Shown here: piece by piece, positions 60,358-64,000 of the stretch
Position numbering within the stretch: position 1 is the stretch's first letter
Layout of the letters: every line of letters starts with the position of its first letter
Assembly: GCA_044440125.1 (NCBI GenBank)
Contig: JBITAJ010000021.1
Span: 128,001-192,000 of the forward strand
Reading direction: 5' to 3'
DNA: 64,000 nucleotides
Origin: Sedimentisphaeraceae bacterium JB056
GTDB taxonomy: Bacteria > Planctomycetota > Phycisphaerae > Sedimentisphaerales > Sedimentisphaeraceae
The notes under the pieces: model-generated
The model's database searches: none
Seen by the model: only the letters and a program-made list of their open reading frames with translations
What the model was told of the DNA's origin: nothing
Program-made: the position numbers and the translations under genes

Positions 60358-63300
60358 TTAATTTACTGAGTAATTTAGGAACTCAGATGGGGTGAGCGGA
60401 TAATTCGACCATCTCATTTCATCGATCTGCCCTATAAATGCCCATGGATTGGTTTGCAGATTTCGCCCGCCAACCATCAGATTCCAGCCGCACAAAGAAC
60501 TATCGTCCCAATAATCACGCGCATCAGCCTGAAAAGCTAACACTCCGTCAATATATCCACGAACCTCTCCACCAATCGCTGCTGATGGATCCCATACTAA
60601 AGCTACATGTTTAAACTGACCAATCTCGAAAGTACCGCTCTGTGACCTGACAACAAAAGAACCGCCGGGATGGTCTAAAGCGAAAGAGATTCTTTCATAA
60701 GCAGAGTCATACTTCAACGCCCAACCGGTATAACCGCTAAAGCCGTCTCTTGTTCCAAAGATGATACCGCTCACAGAGCTTGAATCAGTAGGACGGATAT
60801 ATGCTTCACAGGTAAATGGAGAACTTCTCCTAAACTGGAATGGTGATGCAGGCACATTATTAACCACTGCGCTTTGTCCATCAAAATAGAGGGAAGCCAA
60901 ATTTTCCGAGGAATCTGATGATGAATTCCAAGGCAACGTATCATCAGAATTTGCGATTACGGCATAGTTAGCGGTATCAATAGCAACACTGCCCAATAGT
61001 GCCCTGAATGAATACGCTCCAATCGCATCACTGCCATCAGAATCAAGCTCCCAGTAGCAAAGAGTTTCATTCGTAGTTGTTGTAAATGAGAATACATCAC
61101 CTTTTTGGCAACATCCATCTGAAATAGAATCAACACGCCAATAGTAAGTACTACCCGCCTGCAGCAACTCTGACTTAAACTCATTGTCAATTGTATTAGA
61201 CACAAATTCGAGGCTGTCATAACCAGCGTGTTCAACAGCTATCTCATCAATTCCAAAATAAATATCGTATGAATCAGCTATATCCAGCCATCTTATCAAT
61301 GGCTGCGTTGATGTGTCTAACGCATTATCCGCCGGAAACAACGGCTCGGCTTTCTGTACATAGCAGGTAAGCCAGTTTTCTATATACGACTCAAGATCAT
61401 TTTGACCAACATACCCATCACCATCAATATCTCCAGTAGAGCTATAGCTAAGCCAACCCTGAGCTATTGTCTGTATATCCAACAAATCCACAGACAAATC
61501 GCTATTATTATCCGCAATATTAAGCTCGCAATTGTAATAGAATTTCTGTCTAAGAGAACCCACTCCATTTAGCCTTTTCAGCGATGGCGTAAGTTCCACG
61601 GAAATAGTTCCCTTAGGATAAGCATTATCGGGTGTGAATCTCGCAAGACTACCAAGCTTACTCCACGAACCGCTTATATTTTGATCGCTCTCAATATGCC
61701 GTACAGCTATCCCTGAATTGAGAGTAGCTGAATCAAGCTCCTTGTCAAACGAAAGCATTATAGACTGCATCGCTGTTACCAACTCATTATTGGTCGGATA
61801 ATACTCTACCGCATAAGCCGGTGCATTATCCCTAAGCTGCTGCCATCTTGAAGATTCATTCAATGGCAATGCTGTCTGCTTTCCTTTAGACACCATAAGC
61901 ACCGCCCAAGGCGAAAGCTCCGGTATCGCAACTGCAGTCTGACCATTGGCGAAACTGCCGCTAAGCACTGTTGTTTTCACATAGCAGGTATAGCTTAGAT
62001 TCTGCCAACTTGCTTCATAATCATCAGCATTATAATTATCTACCGGCTCCAGAAGAGTAAGCCTTAAATCATCACTGCCATCACCAAAAAACTTTATATT
62101 ATTAAGCGTAAGAGAGAAGCTGGCTTCTTTATCCCAGTCTATCAAATGAATCGCTACAGGCTCATCATTTTCACCAGGCTTAGCCCTTACAACCACCGCA
62201 ATACCATTATCAACTGCCGCTACAGGTTCATTTATTCCCGGTGCAGTCCCCCATGTATCACTGTATGGAGTATCCGGCACATGATAAACAGCCTTTGTTG
62301 TAGCTCCCCAATCCCACGCAAATTCATACCCATCAAGATATATCGCAATACCTCTGATAAAACCGAACATATCCGAAAAATTTTGCGGGTCCCCAAAGAA
62401 ACGCGATGCCTGATTCTGGTCTCCACCATCAGCAAGGTCTGTACCAAAACGATCAAAAGGAGCAAGCATATTAATTCCCTGCGCATAACTGTTACCGATA
62501 GACCGTCTTACTGTTTTTGAAAAATCAGCAAGATAAACCGGATCACTATACCCCCACGTACCAGGCGATGTCATAATCTGACTGCGGCTGACATTTTGAT
62601 ATGTCCGCATATTTTGCCCAATATTGTGGAAATGCTGAGCTGAAACATCCTGAATATTCGTCTCGCAACAGCCGTAATCAAGTCTGTAATCATCGCTAAC
62701 ACTGAAAAAAGAATCAGAATACACCGTATGTGATGAATTGTTGCCGTGAATAGGAAATTTAGATATGCCATATTGCTGATAGTAATATGCATCTAATTGA
62801 CCATGAAGCCACTGGTAAAACTCCGTTGTCGATTCAAAACCATCCTTACTACCGTTACAGTATTCACACCAGCAAGCTATATCATCATTCAAAACCGGAT
62901 CATCAAGCTGAATACTATCGGCTCCGGCATCAATACGGCTTTTAGCCTCACGAAGAAACGTTTGCTTAAATACCTCATTGTTTGCACAACCCATCAGATT
63001 ATCAAAACTATTTTTATGATAATTGCCATCTTCATCAACAATCTTGCCCAAAAGCGAAGTTCCTACACCGCCAGGTTCATCTTTAAGATTGTTTGTTTGT
63101 GCAAAAGACACACTAAGCCCTTCGGCTCTGACCTTAGATATAAAATCAATCTCATCACCATAAAGATATATCCATTCAAGCCTCGTAGCATGATACATCT
63201 TCATTGCCTCAAAACTATCCATCGGTATCTCTTCGGATGTTCCCAGAGTACCCCACCATTTCACATTTTCCTGATATCCCTCTCCACGCAGCCATCTGCT

Positions 63301-63999
63301 TGAGAAACACACATCCGAATATTTCGGAGCATAGTCAGGTCTTTCATAATCCGAAACAGTCATCTGACTTACCGTAACAATATTTTCCGGCACTGGCACT
63401 GCATCTTCCCACTGTGTAGCCAGCCGCAACTCATCAAACTGAACATAATCACCAATATCTGAATTGAAATTTTCCAGCCAGAAACCGGCATAATTCATCT
63501 GCGTTTGATTGGTGAGTATTTTACCCGTTGTTATAAGCTGCGCCGAAGCGGTTGCTTCCTGCGAGGTTTGAGGATTTACCCACACAGTAAGCTGTTCGGA
63601 ACCTCCAAAGGCATCATACTCTATCTTCGCCACCACGAAGTAGGTAGTATTGCCTGAAACATCCGACAAAATCACTTCATTAACCATAAGAGAATCTTCA
63701 TCTCTATGTCGAACCACCAAATCAACTTTGCTTCCATCACCCCAAAAACCAGCCATAATCCCCGGGAAGGTACTACTGCCGTCAAAAGCTCCGTATGAGA
63801 CAGTAACCGTAAAACCTGTCATTGCCCTGATATTGAGATTATCGCTTAAATTGTCAGCACGAACAAGCATACTTGTATAGTAAACGTTAGAGGCAGGATA
63901 AGCATCAAGCATCCTTCTTGCATAATACACACCGGTAGTTTCATACCCTCTCATCTGAACGTTACCGCCTGAAACCTCGTTAATCCCAAAGCTTAACCC
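60358..63999 (-). CDS. Large multidomain protein (5' end outside window): family member 3 domain, Ig-like domain, dockerin-like EF-hands, LamG
   Basis: Frame stays open from 63954 to the window edge; APKYSDVCFSSRW, ATRLEWIY, SIQLDDP, PFD, RFFGDPQNFSDMFGFIRG; GDIDGDGYVGQND; HVALVWD...FIGQIDEMR. Confidence 0.75.
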   Translation of the reverse strand, partial: GLSFGINEVSGGNVQMRGYETTGVYYARRMLDAYPASNVYYTSMLVRADNLSDNLNIRAMTGFTVTVSYGAFDGSSTFPGIMAGFWGDGSKVDLVVRHRDEDSLMVNEVILSDVSGNTTYFVVAKIEYDAFGGSEQLTVWVNPQTSQEATASAQLITTGKILTNQTQMNYAGFWLENFNSDIGDYVQFDELRLATQWEDAVPVPENIVTVSQMTVSDYERPDYAPKYSDVCFSSRWLRGEGYQENVKWWGTLGTSEEIPMDSFEAMKMYHATRLEWIYLYGDEIDFISKVRAEGLSVSFAQTNNLKDEPGGVGTSLLGKIVDEDGNYHKNSFDNLMGCANNEVFKQTFLREAKSRIDAGADSIQLDDPVLNDDIACWCEYCNGSKDGFESTTEFYQWLHGQLDAYYYQQYGISKFPIHGNNSSHTVYSDSFFSVSDDYRLDYGCCETNIQDVSAQHFHNIGQNMRTYQNVSRSQIMTSPGTWGYSDPVYLADFSKTVRRSIGNSYAQGINMLAPFDRFGTDLADGGDQNQASRFFGDPQNFSDMFGFIRGIAIYLDGYEFAWDWGATTKAVYHVPDTPYSDTWGTAPGINEPVAAVDNGIAVVVRAKPGENDEPVAIHLIDWDKEASFSLTLNNIKFFGDGSDDLRLTLLEPVDNYNADDYEASWQNLSYTCYVKTTVLSGSFANGQTAVAIPELSPWAVLMVSKGKQTALPLNESSRWQQLRDNAPAYAVEYYPTNNELVTAMQSIMLSFDKELDSATLNSGIAVRHIESDQNISGSWSKLGSLARFTPDNAYPKGTISVELTPSLKRLNGVGSLRQKFYYNCELNIADNNSDLSVDLLDIQTIAQGWLSYSSTGDIDGDGYVGQNDLESYIENWLTCYVQKAEPLFPADNALDTSTQPLIRWLDIADSYDIYFGIDEIAVEHAGYDSLEFVSNTIDNEFKSELLQAGSTYYWRVDSISDGCCQKGDVFSFTTTTNETLCYWELDSDGSDAIGAYSFRALLGSVAIDTANYAVIANSDDTLPWNSSSDSSENLASLYFDGQSAVVNNVPASPFQFRRSSPFTCEAYIRPTDSSSVSGIIFGTRDGFSGYTGWALKYDSAYERISFALDHPGGSFVVRSQSGTFEIGQFKHVALVWDPSAAIGGEVRGYIDGVLAFQADARDYWDDSSLCGWNLMVGGRNLQTNPWAFIGQIDEMRWSNYPLTPSEFLNYSVN

Positions 64000-64000
64000 T

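Noticed and set aside
568..63880. Numerous 60-240 aa ORFs antisense or out of frame within long genes
   Set aside because: Shadow ORFs of well-supported genes, with no motifs or independent expression signals.

Overview
AT-rich bacterial window made almost entirely of glycan-degradation loci. It most likely comes from an anaerobic planctomycete (Phycisphaerae/Sedimentisphaerales-like), inferred from DUF1559-type prepilin proteins, dockerin-like EF-hand tails, LamG domains and Tat sulfatases. Block A (1-21.1 kb, minus strand) is a XylR-type-regulated sulfated-polysaccharide locus: three beta-helix proteins, three sulfatases, an SSS transporter, an FAD oxidoreductase and a prepilin-like protein. 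A junction at 21.2-24.1 kb holds a decayed ISL3, an IS200-type element and a truncated tRNA-Asp (att-like). Block B (24.1-46.7 kb) is a LacI-regulated locus with three PL8-type lyases, a Kelch-SSS fusion, GH2 beta-mannosidase, class II aldolase and PfkB kinase. It converges on block C (46.8-54.1 kb), an IclR/Fe-ADH operon with two short non-PFL glycyl radical enzymes sharing one activase, the best candidate for an undescribed pathway. Block D (54.8-64 kb) has three paralogous secreted proteins of an unrecognised hydrolase-like family plus two URO-D/MtaA-like proteins. Candidate operators, a two-copy MITE-like element and a ~180-bp direct repeat bracketing blocks B+C were read directly from the DNA. 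All family calls are by motif recognition; no searches were run.
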